From an uncultured virus (IMG/VR IMGVR_UViG_3300049460_000260) (Duplodnaviria; Heunggongvirae; Uroviricota; Caudoviricetes), in IMG/VR virus record IMGVR_UViG_3300049460_000260: a DNA stretch of 20,000 nucleotides; one strand, 5' to 3'. The translations under genes were made by a program, and so were the position numbers. Under the pieces are notes generated by a model. It did not search any database. It had not been told where the DNA came from and was given only the letters and a program-made list of their open reading frames with translations. Below are positions 1 to 8,191 of this stretch, piece after piece (position 1 is the stretch's first letter; every line of letters starts with the position of its first letter).

Positions 1-805
1 CGGTCGGCAGCGCCAACGTCATCTCGACCTTTTCCGGGTCGATCTGGTCTTGCGACTGCGTACGCAGCTGCACGATGGCCATCCGGATGTCGCCGGTGAT
101 GCCTTGGAATGTGCCGTTCACGCCGTTCCAGCCACCCGTCACGCTCGACGCGATGAACGCCGGCAGCACCGGATCGTTCAGGAAACCGAACGTTTGGTTG
201 TTGCCCGAATTCCAGCCATAGAAGCCGATGGCGTTGCGGAAAATTTCCAGACCGACAGCCGAACCTTGACGCTTGGTTTCTGCCGACGACAGGCGCATTG
301 CCGCGCTACGACCTTCCTCCAGCAGACCGACCTGGATGCCGAGTTCACCGCGCACGATCGTACGCTTGATGAAGTTCGTGTTCCAGTTGGACAGCGGGAT
401 GTTCGTGAAGTCGCCGTATTCCGTGGCGGTCGCGGCAGGTTCCACGATGCCCTGCACGATTTCCTGGTCTTCCCAGCTGCCGACCGTCTTCACGCCAATG
501 ATGTCGTCGATCTTGCGAGCGGCAGTCATCACCTTGATGAAACCCGGCAACCAGGTTTGCAGAAACTGAATCGGCGTCGGCAGCGAGCCAGCCGTGGCCG
601 GTGCTACGAATGCCGAGTCCATCGCGCCGGTCTGGCCCTGCGCGTGCAGGTGCTGAACTTGACGAAGCACCGTGTCGTGATCGAACACGATGCCGAACTT
701 CTCGGCAAGCTTGTTCACCGCTGCAACGGTGATCTCTTTGCTGTCCATCGCCAACGGGCGCACTTTGCGCGGAGCGATGGACGAGCGGGTTTTGGAAAGT
801 TGCAT
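1..805 (-). CDS. Major capsid protein, PB1-like (DUF2184-type); 3' end runs off the window
   Basis: Not in the ORF track. Manual translation from ATG 805 gives [15 protein letters not shown]...[64 protein letters not shown]..., which closely resembles PB1-like capsid proteins as I recall them. SD AAAGGAG upstream. Follows the protease and decoration genes. Confidence 0.95.
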   Translation of the reverse strand, partial: MQLSKTRSSIAPRKVRPLAMDSKEITVAAVNKLAEKFGIVFDHDTVLRQVQHLHAQGQTGAMDSAFVAPATAGSLPTPIQFLQTWLPGFIKVMTAARKIDDIIGVKTVGSWEDQEIVQGIVEPAATATEYGDFTNIPLSNWNTNFIKRTIVRGELGIQVGLLEEGRSAAMRLSSAETKRQGSAVGLEIFRNAIGFYGWNSGNNQTFGFLNDPVLPAFIASSVTGGWNGVNGTFQGITGDIRMAIVQLRTQSQDQIDPEKVEMTLALPT

Positions 806-839
806 GACTCTCTCGCTCCTTTAGTTTGCGTTGTGCCGA

Positions 840-1457
840 TTAGGGCATTTGTGCGGTGGACAGGGCCGACACCGGTGCACCGACGCTCGACGCGCCGATG
901 GTGCTGGTGTTGATGAGCTTCGCACCCGGAATCAGCGTGAAGCCAGTCGGAGCAGCGCTCCCTGCCGGCACGCTGATCAGGCCACCCAGCGGAATCGCTT
1001 GCGGGTTGTTCGCGCCGCTGATGCCGACCGGTGCGTATGCGAGTTGGTCGCCGAAGTTCATGGTCTTGCTGGCGGTCGTCTCGTTGAAGAGTTCCACCAC
1101 CAGGCCAGGGAACATGTCCGTGAATTCGGCTTCGGAGCCAATCGGCAGATCCATCGACGCGCCCAGCGCGTTGCCGACCGTGCCGTACAGAACGTGGTGC
1201 TGCGGATGGCAGAGGATGCCGAAGAACACCGCGCCGCCGACGACGACGAGTGCTTCACGAGCCGCGACCGTGGTGCCGGTTGCCGGGACTTCGCCCGAAT
1301 AGCCGAACACACGCGACATGCGGTTGGTGGATGCTGCCGGATCGGCACCGACCGAGGCGGAGTTGATCCGCGCCGGTTTGGCACGACGCGGGCCATCGTT
1401 CACGAACTGGCCTGCGAAGCCGGTCGTGTACGCGCGTTGAACAGTGGTTTGAAGCAT
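840..1457 (-). CDS. Capsid decoration/cement protein
   Basis: 205 aa between protease/scaffold and major capsid gene. N-terminus MLQTTVQRAYTTGFAGQFVNDGPRRAKP is typical of this slot in PB1-like phages. SD GGAG upstream. Confidence 0.8.
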   Translation of the reverse strand: MLQTTVQRAYTTGFAGQFVNDGPRRAKPARINSASVGADPAASTNRMSRVFGYSGEVPATGTTVAAREALVVVGGAVFFGILCHPQHHVLYGTVGNALGASMDLPIGSEAEFTDMFPGLVVELFNETTASKTMNFGDQLAYAPVGISGANNPQAIPLGGLISVPAGSAAPTGFTLIPGAKLINTSTIGASSVGAPVSALSTAQMP

Positions 1458-1463
1458 TTCTTC

Positions 1464-2378
1464 TTACTCCTTGAAATACGCGTCGATTGCCGGCACTTCT
1501 TGCTGTGCGGCATCAGCGGTGCGTTTGGATTGGACGGACGTGGCGTTGCTCTTTCGCGCAGCTTCCAGGCCGGTCAGATAGGCGTCCAAAGCAAAGGACT
1601 CCTGACCTTTCGCGACCTTCAGCTTCAGCTTCTTCACCCCGTAAAGAACGACGTCACCAGCAGTTGCAGATGCGAGGTCCATGGCCCCGTCAAATGCGCC
1701 AACCACCTTAGACAACCGGTCAACGAAGCGATTCTTAAGAGCAAGGTCAGCATGGAAAGAACGAAGCGCAGCGTCAGCACCCGTGTGCTTTCCTGCTGCC
1801 GGGCCTGCCGACGCGCTGCCTTGCTCGCCGGTCGCGCCGCCTTCGTTGTCCTCGCCTTCGCGTGCCGTTCCTTCCAGCCCTTCAACGGTGTCCGTTCCTT
1901 CTTCTGCGGCTCCATTGGCACCCTCGCCTTCGTCGCCGCTCGCAGCACCACCCGCCACTTGTTTCAGCTGGGCAAGGATCGCTTCGAGTTGGCTGATCAA
2001 TTGGGCCGCGCCGCCTTCGCCACCAGCCGCTTCACCGCCTGCGCCTTCGGCACCAGCAGCGCCAGCATCTTCTTCACCTTCTTCGCCGCCTGCAGCAGCG
2101 CCTTGCGCGGTCGGTTCAGCGGCGACTTCGCCGGTGCCCGTTTCGCTTCCCATCGCGCCACCTTCAGCGCCAGTCGCTGCCGAACCCGTTTCACCGGCAG
2201 CTGCGGCATTCGCCGTGCCCGCTTCAGCGCCTGCTGCACCAGCCTCCGCGCCTTCCTGATGAGCAGGTTCGGTGGCCTCCTCACTCAAGAACTGCTCGAA
2301 TGTGGGCAGAAGCGCTTTCAGCTGGGCTTGCAGCTGCGCAACCACGCTGCTGTCGAGAGCCTTGCCTTTGCGTTTCAT
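1464..2378 (-). CDS. Putative nested in-frame scaffolding protein (internal start at Met196 of the protease gene)
   Basis: In-frame ATG at 2378 preceded by GGAG with a 5-nt spacer (minus strand: cataatGGAGatagtATG), in an AT-rich patch just after the protease domain. Confidence 0.6.
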   Translation of the reverse strand: MKRKGKALDSSVVAQLQAQLKALLPTFEQFLSEEATEPAHQEGAEAGAAGAEAGTANAAAAGETGSAATGAEGGAMGSETGTGEVAAEPTAQGAAAGGEEGEEDAGAAGAEGAGGEAAGGEGGAAQLISQLEAILAQLKQVAGGAASGDEGEGANGAAEEGTDTVEGLEGTAREGEDNEGGATGEQGSASAGPAAGKHTGADAALRSFHADLALKNRFVDRLSKVVGAFDGAMDLASATAGDVVLYGVKKLKLKVAKGQESFALDAYLTGLEAARKSNATSVQSKRTADAAQQEVPAIDAYFKE

Positions 2379-2963
2379 ACTATCTCCATTATGAAGAGGG
2401 ACTGAAAAATCCAGATGATCAAAGCACAACTTCTTCCCATCCAGAACCTTGGCACCGGGCACGCGTCCTGCGTCAACTAGCGCGATGTGATTGCCGCGCA
2501 TATTGGTTTGGACTACTTCATAAGCAACGCCGTCAAAAACACCGGTTTGCATGAGGAAGTCGCAGGTGTAGCCCAGAGACAAATCCTTCTTTCCGCTGTT
2601 CAGATCGGCCTGCATCTGACGCGTAAAAATCTTGAGGTCGCCGCGCGTCCAGGGCGAGTCGTAGCCAACGTTGAAGAGCACGCCGTCGATGCCGTAGTCT
2701 TCCGGCGCGGTCGCACTTTCGTCGCCTTGGAAGCCGCTCAGCATCTCGTGATCGTTGATCAGCGGAACCTCTTGCAAGGTCGCGAGCAATTCAGGATCAC
2801 TAACTGCCGACTCAGGGCGAAACACGTTGACGATGCGGTTTGGATCGCCTTCTTTCAAACCGATCTGTGCAGCTGAATACTGGAAGATGCCGAACGACGA
2901 GATGGGGCACGCCTTGACGAGAAGGAATCCGTTCTGATCTTGTTGGCGCGCTGAGGTTGGCAT
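1464..2963 (-). CDS. Prohead protease (DUF2213) fused to an acidic Ala/Gly/Glu-rich scaffold region
   Basis: N-terminal DUF2213-type motifs (GIFQYSAAQ, VFRPESAV, PLINDH, GKKDLSLGY, RGNHIALVDAGR). Low-complexity C-terminal half. Position in the head module. Confidence 0.9.
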   Translation of the reverse strand: MPTSARQQDQNGFLLVKACPISSFGIFQYSAAQIGLKEGDPNRIVNVFRPESAVSDPELLATLQEVPLINDHEMLSGFQGDESATAPEDYGIDGVLFNVGYDSPWTRGDLKIFTRQMQADLNSGKKDLSLGYTCDFLMQTGVFDGVAYEVVQTNMRGNHIALVDAGRVPGAKVLDGKKLCFDHLDFSVPLHNGDSMKRKGKALDSSVVAQLQAQLKALLPTFEQFLSEEATEPAHQEGAEAGAAGAEAGTANAAAAGETGSAATGAEGGAMGSETGTGEVAAEPTAQGAAAGGEEGEEDAGAAGAEGAGGEAAGGEGGAAQLISQLEAILAQLKQVAGGAASGDEGEGANGAAEEGTDTVEGLEGTAREGEDNEGGATGEQGSASAGPAAGKHTGADAALRSFHADLALKNRFVDRLSKVVGAFDGAMDLASATAGDVVLYGVKKLKLKVAKGQESFALDAYLTGLEAARKSNATSVQSKRTADAAQQEVPAIDAYFKE

Positions 2964-3066
2964 TCGATTCGTGCGTAATGTATGCGTTCGCGTGTATTAT
3001 GTATCTCTGTAATGTCCGACAGTACTACATTGATTCGTATATCTTACTGTTCGTCATCCTACGCTT

Positions 3067-3183
3067 ATGACGCCACTGCAAGTTGAGCGTTTCATCCGAC
3101 TTAGCCGCGCCCAACTGGAGAGTCAACTGGCTAAAGCCGCGCTCCGCTTAACTTCTAACACCCTAAGTTGTATAGTTGAGTAA
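3067..3183 (+). CDS. Possible 38-aa peptide (MTPLQVERFIRLSRAQLESQLAKAALRLTSNTLSCIVE)
   Basis: Open ATG..TAA frame with helical-looking sequence. No clear SD. Confidence 0.25.
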   Translation: MTPLQVERFIRLSRAQLESQLAKAALRLTSNTLSCIVE

Positions 3184-3240
3184 TTGTATAAGGTTAGATA
3201 CGTAAGAAGAGAAAGGACAGGCTTACTGGTTGCCGAACCA

Positions 3241-3311
3241 CAACCAACTAGTCAATTCTCAACTTGGAGTGTAGGAATCCAAGCGCGGCAAGGAGTTTGA
3301 CCAGTTGGTTG
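3241..3311 (+). promoter_or_regulatory. Long nested stem-loop covering the SD and TTG start of ORF 3305
   Basis: Inverted repeats CAACCAACT(3241-3249)/AGTTGGTTG(3303-3311), GTCAA(3251-3255)/TTGAC(3297-3301), CTC/GAG, and inner CTTGGA(3263-3268)/TCCAAG(3278-3283). Confidence 0.5.
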
Positions 3312-3508
3312 CAGTTGAGGTCGCGGCAACTTTGTTACGACCAGAACATCAGCACCACTATCGCTACATCGAAAGCGGCCCAACGTGGACGGAGAAGCGG
3401 AAGACTTTCCACGAACTCGATCACGTCAATCAAGCGTTCGCGAAGAGTAGTGCTGCGCGGCTGTGCTTGTACGATTTGTTCCATTGCATAGGACTCCGAT
3501 CAAAGTAA
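3305..3508 (+). CDS. Hypothetical protein (67 aa), antisense to the head operon
   Basis: TTG start with AAGGAG at 3290-3295. Fills the gap between gpF and protease genes. Confidence 0.45.
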   Translation: MVAVEVAATLLRPEHQHHYRYIESGPTWTEKRKTFHELDHVNQAFAKSSAARLCLYDLFHCIGLRSK

Positions 3509-3572
3509 TCAAAAACGTCAGGACTACACGACGTTGCCACCCAGTTGGTCTTCTCGCTCTACATCAAGTGGT

Positions 3573-4430
3573 CTATTGCTCGTCATCGTCCCTGTATCCG
3601 ATGATAGGCCGCTTGCGACAGCGGCAGTTGATCGCCCATCCTGGCGGGCCTTGGTCTGCCTTCGGACCCGTCCAGAGTTCAGGATCGTCCAAGGCAAACA
3701 CCTTGCCGTCCTTGTCCAAGTGCGTTTGGCGCGGAACCTTCCCTGCCGATGAGTGCATCCACTCAAAATGGTCCACGCCGTTTTGTCGCAGGCGCTCATC
3801 CGACAACGCGCTATACAACTTGCTGGTCTGATCGCGGGTGATTAGCTCCACGCGCTTTTTAGCGAAAGTTCCGACCTCTCGCAACGCGTTCTGTATGCCA
3901 GATGCACCCTGCTCTTCCGGATTCGGAGATGTTAAGGAGAGCATAACAGCGCTGTAAATCTTCTCGTGCACTTCCTTCTGGACGTTCGTGATCAACGTGT
4001 GATTGAAGTCCTTGGACGCTCCGAGAGTCGCGGCGACGTTCTTATTATAGGTCATCGTAGGCTGGTTTACACCAGCTGCAGACAGACTGAAAAACACCGA
4101 AGACTTTGAGTGTTCATCGACGCGCTCAACGAAGGCTGCGGCGTACTTCTGCGCGAACCCTGTGAACACTTCGGACCACTTCTTATTCAGGCGGCGCATG
4201 ACCCGCTGGAATACGGAGTCAGCAGCATCCTCTGCATAGAACTCTTCGACTTCTGGGTGCTCCAGGGCCTCGCGAACCTGATCGCGATAGTCCTGGAGCA
4301 TGGCCGCGACAACGGAGTTCATTGCCGATTCGTACCACGAACGAATAGCCGCGCTGGGTCCGAGCGGCTTGCCCTTTGATACGGGTTCAGGCGCTCGCCG
4401 CTGGCGTGCCTTGGATGCTTTAAAGGCCAT
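3573..4430 (-). CDS. Head morphogenesis protein, Mu gpF / SPP1 gp7 family
   Basis: C-terminal RVELITRDQTSK, FEWMHS..PRQTH..KDGKVF and PPGWAINCRC motifs. Downstream of the portal. Confidence 0.93.
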   Translation of the reverse strand: MAFKASKARQRRAPEPVSKGKPLGPSAAIRSWYESAMNSVVAAMLQDYRDQVREALEHPEVEEFYAEDAADSVFQRVMRRLNKKWSEVFTGFAQKYAAAFVERVDEHSKSSVFFSLSAAGVNQPTMTYNKNVAATLGASKDFNHTLITNVQKEVHEKIYSAVMLSLTSPNPEEQGASGIQNALREVGTFAKKRVELITRDQTSKLYSALSDERLRQNGVDHFEWMHSSAGKVPRQTHLDKDGKVFALDDPELWTGPKADQGPPGWAINCRCRKRPIIGYRDDDEQ

Positions 4431-4618
4431 TAGGTCGCCACTTTGTACAGAGCGTCACCGCTGCCGTCCGTGGTGACCGTAAGTTGAACTCCGAGCGCGC
4501 GAATTTGCTGGACCGCAATGGCCGGATTCTGGCAGAGGTAGCTGTTGTCCAGCGCGTTGATCTGTGCGCCGGTCATCGCCGTGGCCTTCAGGGCTGTGAT
4601 GAGTCCTTGGATGTCCAT
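4430..4618 (-). CDS. Small hypothetical protein, possibly virion-associated (62 aa)
   Basis: SD GGAG upstream. TAATG stop/start overlap with gpF. Confidence 0.75.
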   Translation of the reverse strand: MDIQGLITALKATAMTGAQINALDNSYLCQNPAIAVQQIRALGVQLTVTTDGSGDALYKVAT

Positions 4619-4640
4619 TTAGTTCTCCGTAAAGTTTGAG

Positions 4641-7016
4641 TTAAGCAGAAGCGACAGGAGCGTTTGCGCAGTCGCCTGCTTCCAGCCAGGATTTGAAGTC
4701 GTCCATCGACATCTTCTGGCACGAGTCATACCCTTCGAACGTGTCGTCATGAGCCGCGTGGTACGCGTCCACGGCTGACTTCTCGTCGTCGTATCCGATC
4801 ATGCACTTGTACTCGTCAAATGAACCTTCGGAGTCCTTTTGAGCGATCACGAAAACGTCTTTGGCTCGTGCGTTGGGACCGATGAAGCAATCCACTTCGT
4901 CGCCGTCCGCGCCTTCGTATCCCTTGATGAAGCCGTAGTGATCCGGCATCTGGACCGACCACTCTGAACCGTCCATGTTCATCCCCTCACGAACCGTGCC
5001 GCGCGGATTTTCGATGCAGATGTTCAGACCGTCCAGACGCATCTTGGGCCGCTTCTTCGTCGGCATCGGGCCAACGACCTTACCATCGCCAGCGCGCTGG
5101 CTAGAAGGCGCAACGCTGGCTCGCGAGGTCGGATTAGTGCCAGGCTTCGTGCCTTGGATTGCCGGACCAGCCTGTTGGCCTTGTTGGCCCAGGATCGAGT
5201 GCGCCAAAAGGAGAACCAATGCCTGCATCGGGTCCGTCTTTGACTTAGAAGACACTAATCCGTGGAGGATCGTAGGAATCAACGCCTGCAGGGTTCCGCC
5301 CGTAATCGCTTGACCGCCTTCAAACGTGTCCTCTTCGGAGCCGTTCGCGTTGGGCGGCGTCGTTTCGCTGCCAGGCTCACCAGGCTTTGCCATCTCAGCG
5401 CCGGCACTCGCTTCTGTGTTCTCTGCGTTTGCCTTTTCTTCTTGCGCTCCAGCCTTCTGCAGCGCCGCGACGTTCTCAGGTGACATGCCAGGGGTCGCGG
5501 CTGCGTCTTCGTCCTGCAGGCGGTTGTATCCGCTGTGCTCATCGTCTCGAATCCGGTTGCGCTCTTCGTCGGGCGACAGCGCGCCGTTGTTGATGAGCTT
5601 CGTTCCGGTATCGGCTTTCAGGTCGTTCAGTTCTGCGCGTTCCTTCGCAGTCATCGAATCGACGGAGTTACAGACCACTTCAACGTCCACGTCGATTCCT
5701 TCGCTGCGCACGAGGATATCGTAATGTCGCTCAAGCATCGGCATCATCACGTGCTCCTGGGTCGATTCCAGTTCCTCGTGATAGCTCTTCATCTCGAATT
5801 CGCCGGTGGCGTTAAAGCCCTTCGGAGAGGTGCCCAGCAGCTTCGTCGCCGGTACGCGAGCGATTGCCGCGACCAGCTGATACTGGTTCATGATGATGGA
5901 ATCGAAGTCCGACATATTCGTGTCGAACTGCTCCATTTCCTCTTCCTTGCCCAGCACCTTAACGCCGTGGTTGTCGCGATACCGGATCCACGTCAGCAGG
6001 CGCTGCTCGAAGGCGTCCTGGTCAGCCATGACCTTGTCGAGATCGGCGTGGATCGCCATCGTGCGCTTCGACATTGCCATCAACGGCGCTTCGTTCGCGG
6101 TCCGTTCTGCGGCATACACGCGTTCGTAGATGCGCTGGCACATCGACACGCCGCCGAAGATGTATGTCGGCTTAAGGATATCAGCGGGCTGCGGACCACG
6201 AACGATACACAGGTGCGACTTGTGATACTTCTTGCCGCTGATGACCCAGAATTCTGGATCGTAGAATCCAATGGAGGAAGGATCGCTGGTGCCCTTCGTC
6301 GTCATCACCGGCATCATCCAGTACGGATCGATCTGCGAGATGCCTTGATAGGAATCCTTAGTGACTCCGTCAATGTTGAACGGCTTCTCGTAATACAGCG
6401 GGTCATCCGAATCCACCTTGAAGATGGCCACGCGGATGCCAAATATGTTCTTGAACCGGTTGAGCTCAATCAGGTTCTCTTTGACCTTGAACTTCTTGTC
6501 GGCTTCAATGAGACGGTCGTGCGCCTCATCGTCCAGGTCGTCGCCGCCGCGTGCCTTGATCACCCAGCCGTTGCGCGCGGCATCCTCGCCTGCCATCGAG
6601 CAGGCTTTGTCCACCAGCCAGTGTTGAGCGATGATCGCGCACGCCTGATATCCGATGAACCCTTGGGCCATGTACCAGCTTTGCAGACCGACCGGCACGG
6701 TGTACTCAGAAGGACCGGCCTTGAGCATACCGGTGCCATCGTCGTCCATGATCGCGCCGTCCGTCCGCAGCTTCAGCGCGGCGTCACCGATCATCTTGGC
6801 GGTTGTGACAGAGCCTTCGCCCGCGAAGCCGTCAAACACAGCGAAGTCGCTGACGCCGCGCAGCTTGAAGGTCGGTTCGTGATCGCGCCAGTCCTTGCGC
6901 TTGCTGATGGGGTCGAGAGGATCGACCGTCAGCGCCTCGCGCTTCTTCTGTTCCTCCGCCGTGGCGGGTTGCGTCTTAGCGCGACGGAAAAGCTTGGCGA
7001 GAAGGGCTGAGATCAT
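4641..7016 (-). CDS. Portal protein (DUF1073 type) with C-terminal extension ending in an inorganic-pyrophosphatase-like domain
   Basis: Portal motifs FIGYQACAIIAQHWLVDKAC, YQLVAAIARVPATKLLGTSPKGFNATGE..SYHEELES. C-terminal IENPRG..HYGFIKG..GADGDEVDCFIG..FDEYKCMIG. Start is either 7016 (MISALLAKLFRR, preferred) or 7082. Confidence 0.92.
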   Translation of the reverse strand: MISALLAKLFRRAKTQPATAEEQKKREALTVDPLDPISKRKDWRDHEPTFKLRGVSDFAVFDGFAGEGSVTTAKMIGDAALKLRTDGAIMDDDGTGMLKAGPSEYTVPVGLQSWYMAQGFIGYQACAIIAQHWLVDKACSMAGEDAARNGWVIKARGGDDLDDEAHDRLIEADKKFKVKENLIELNRFKNIFGIRVAIFKVDSDDPLYYEKPFNIDGVTKDSYQGISQIDPYWMMPVMTTKGTSDPSSIGFYDPEFWVISGKKYHKSHLCIVRGPQPADILKPTYIFGGVSMCQRIYERVYAAERTANEAPLMAMSKRTMAIHADLDKVMADQDAFEQRLLTWIRYRDNHGVKVLGKEEEMEQFDTNMSDFDSIIMNQYQLVAAIARVPATKLLGTSPKGFNATGEFEMKSYHEELESTQEHVMMPMLERHYDILVRSEGIDVDVEVVCNSVDSMTAKERAELNDLKADTGTKLINNGALSPDEERNRIRDDEHSGYNRLQDEDAAATPGMSPENVAALQKAGAQEEKANAENTEASAGAEMAKPGEPGSETTPPNANGSEEDTFEGGQAITGGTLQALIPTILHGLVSSKSKTDPMQALVLLLAHSILGQQGQQAGPAIQGTKPGTNPTSRASVAPSSQRAGDGKVVGPMPTKKRPKMRLDGLNICIENPRGTVREGMNMDGSEWSVQMPDHYGFIKGYEGADGDEVDCFIGPNARAKDVFVIAQKDSEGSFDEYKCMIGYDDEKSAVDAYHAAHDDTFEGYDSCQKMSMDDFKSWLEAGDCANAPVASA

Positions 7017-7127
7017 TGGCGGGCTTAGGTTTGATGGCTGTATCGCGCGTATCTTAGCGACATCTAGTGTAGGTGTCGCCATCGTAAGTGGTTGATTCTC
7101 ATAATCTTTTGATATTTTTCACCAAAG

Positions 7128-7175
7128 TGATGAAAAGTGCTTGCCTGGAAATTTACTGCCAGGTTAGAATTCTCT
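7128..7175 (+). promoter_or_regulatory. Sigma70-like promoter TTGCCT-N18-TAGAAT
   Basis: -35 at 7141-7146, -10 at 7165-7170, upstream TGATGAAAAGTGC box, CCTGG/CCAGG inverted repeat across the spacer. Confidence 0.65.
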
Positions 7176-7201
7176 CACGTTGTACCGATTGATTGAACTT
7201 C

Positions 7202-7219
7202 AGGAGCTAAACGCCATGA
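7202..7219 (+). repeat. Repeated RBS-start unit AGGAGCTAAACGCCATGA, copy 1
   Basis: Identical 18-mer at 7202, 18425 and 19189. Confidence 0.95.
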
Positions 7220-8139
7220 CCCTCGCTACGAACAAAACCGGCTTTGACGATATGCAAGACGACGACCTGGGCCACGTTCCGTCCGCGTCCGAACTCGCCG
7301 CGATGCCGAAAAACAAGAAGTTTGAGAAGCGCGCACCGACCGACCGCGCAGAGACGCTGTACAGCGAGCCGTGCTCGAAGTGTCGTGGCCAAGGCTACAT
7401 CGGCGCGTACGCCTTCCGCGAGGCCGGAAAGTGCTACCAGTGCGATGGCAAGGGCGTGCTGACATTCAAGACGCCGAAGGCCGTCCGCGACGCAAACAAG
7501 ATCAAGTCGCAGGCCCGTAAGGAAAAGAAGCTGGCCGATAACCTCACGGCGTTCGAAGCGGCCAACCCGGTCATCCGCGATTGGTGGACCGGCTCCACCT
7601 TCCCGTTCGCTGTCAGCCTGCGCGAGAATGTCCAGAAGTTCGGTGACCTTACGCCCGGTCAGCTGACTGCCGCGCTCCGCTGCGCAGAGAAGTTCAGCGA
7701 GGCGAAGAGCGCGAAGGAAACCCAGCGCGCCGCCAACGAGAAGGCCGCGCCTGTGGTCTCGATTAGCTCGGTGACGGCATCCTTCGAGCGCGCACGTCAG
7801 AAGGGCGTACAGAAGCCGAAAATGCGCCTGCTGGGCAACGGCCAGAAGCTGACTTTCTCGCGCGCACCGGACACCGGAAAGAACGCTGGCGCGGTGTATG
7901 TCAAGGACAATGAAGGCGTGTATCTTGGCAAGATCACTGCTGGTAAGTTCCTCAAATCCTATGACTGCTCTTCGGACGGCGAAAAGGCGGTTGTTGCGGC
8001 CTGTGCTGATCCTGAGCAAGCTGCCATCGCTTTCGGCAAAGAGTTCGGCATCTGCTCGATCTGCTCGCGGACCTTGACCGACCCGGATTCGATTGAGCGC
8101 GGCATCGGTCCGATCTGCGCTGACAACTTCTTCGGCTAA
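7216..8139 (+). CDS. Zinc-binding protein: two DnaJ-type CxxCxGxG repeats plus C-terminal DUF6011-like domain
   Basis: CSKCRGQG and CYQCDGKG; C-terminal CSICSRTLTDPDSIERGIGPICA. Start moved to ATG 7216 because of the AGGAG SD. Confidence 0.85.
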   Translation: MTLATNKTGFDDMQDDDLGHVPSASELAAMPKNKKFEKRAPTDRAETLYSEPCSKCRGQGYIGAYAFREAGKCYQCDGKGVLTFKTPKAVRDANKIKSQARKEKKLADNLTAFEAANPVIRDWWTGSTFPFAVSLRENVQKFGDLTPGQLTAALRCAEKFSEAKSAKETQRAANEKAAPVVSISSVTASFERARQKGVQKPKMRLLGNGQKLTFSRAPDTGKNAGAVYVKDNEGVYLGKITAGKFLKSYDCSSDGEKAVVAACADPEQAAIAFGKEFGICSICSRTLTDPDSIERGIGPICADNFFG

Positions 8140-8147
8140 ATTCACGA

Positions 8148-8171
8148 AGGCGCGGCAGAATAGTCGCGCCT
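8148..8171 (+). other. Intergenic GC-rich hairpin (AGGCGCGGC-agaata-GTCGCGCCT)
   Basis: 9-bp stem with one G-T pair and no U-tract. May be a processing or stabilising hairpin. Confidence 0.5.
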
Positions 8172-8191
8172 CTCCATAAAGGAACTAGAAA

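Noticed and set aside
50..913. 287-aa plus-strand ORF
   Set aside because: Antisense shadow of the major capsid gene. No SD and no recognisable motifs.
1780..2270. GCC/GCA/TTC-rich quasi-repeats
   Set aside because: Explained by the Ala/Gly/Glu-rich scaffold coding sequence. Not a DNA-level tandem repeat.
831..2405. 524-aa plus-strand ORF and nested 1681..2259
   Set aside because: Shadows of the decoration and protease/scaffold genes, caused by GC-rich codon bias and low complexity.
5535..7010. 491-aa plus-strand ORF
   Set aside because: Antisense to the conserved portal core, with composition typical of a shadow frame.
4641..7016. Calling the DUF1073 protein an anti-CBASS Acb1 nuclease
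   Set aside because: DUF1073 proteins sometimes receive that label, but position and motifs here indicate a portal, and I saw no paired HxT/S 2H-phosphoesterase motifs in the C-terminal domain.
7207..8145. 312-aa minus-strand ORF
   Set aside because: Mirror of the zinc-finger/DUF6011 gene, which has the promoter, SD and motifs.
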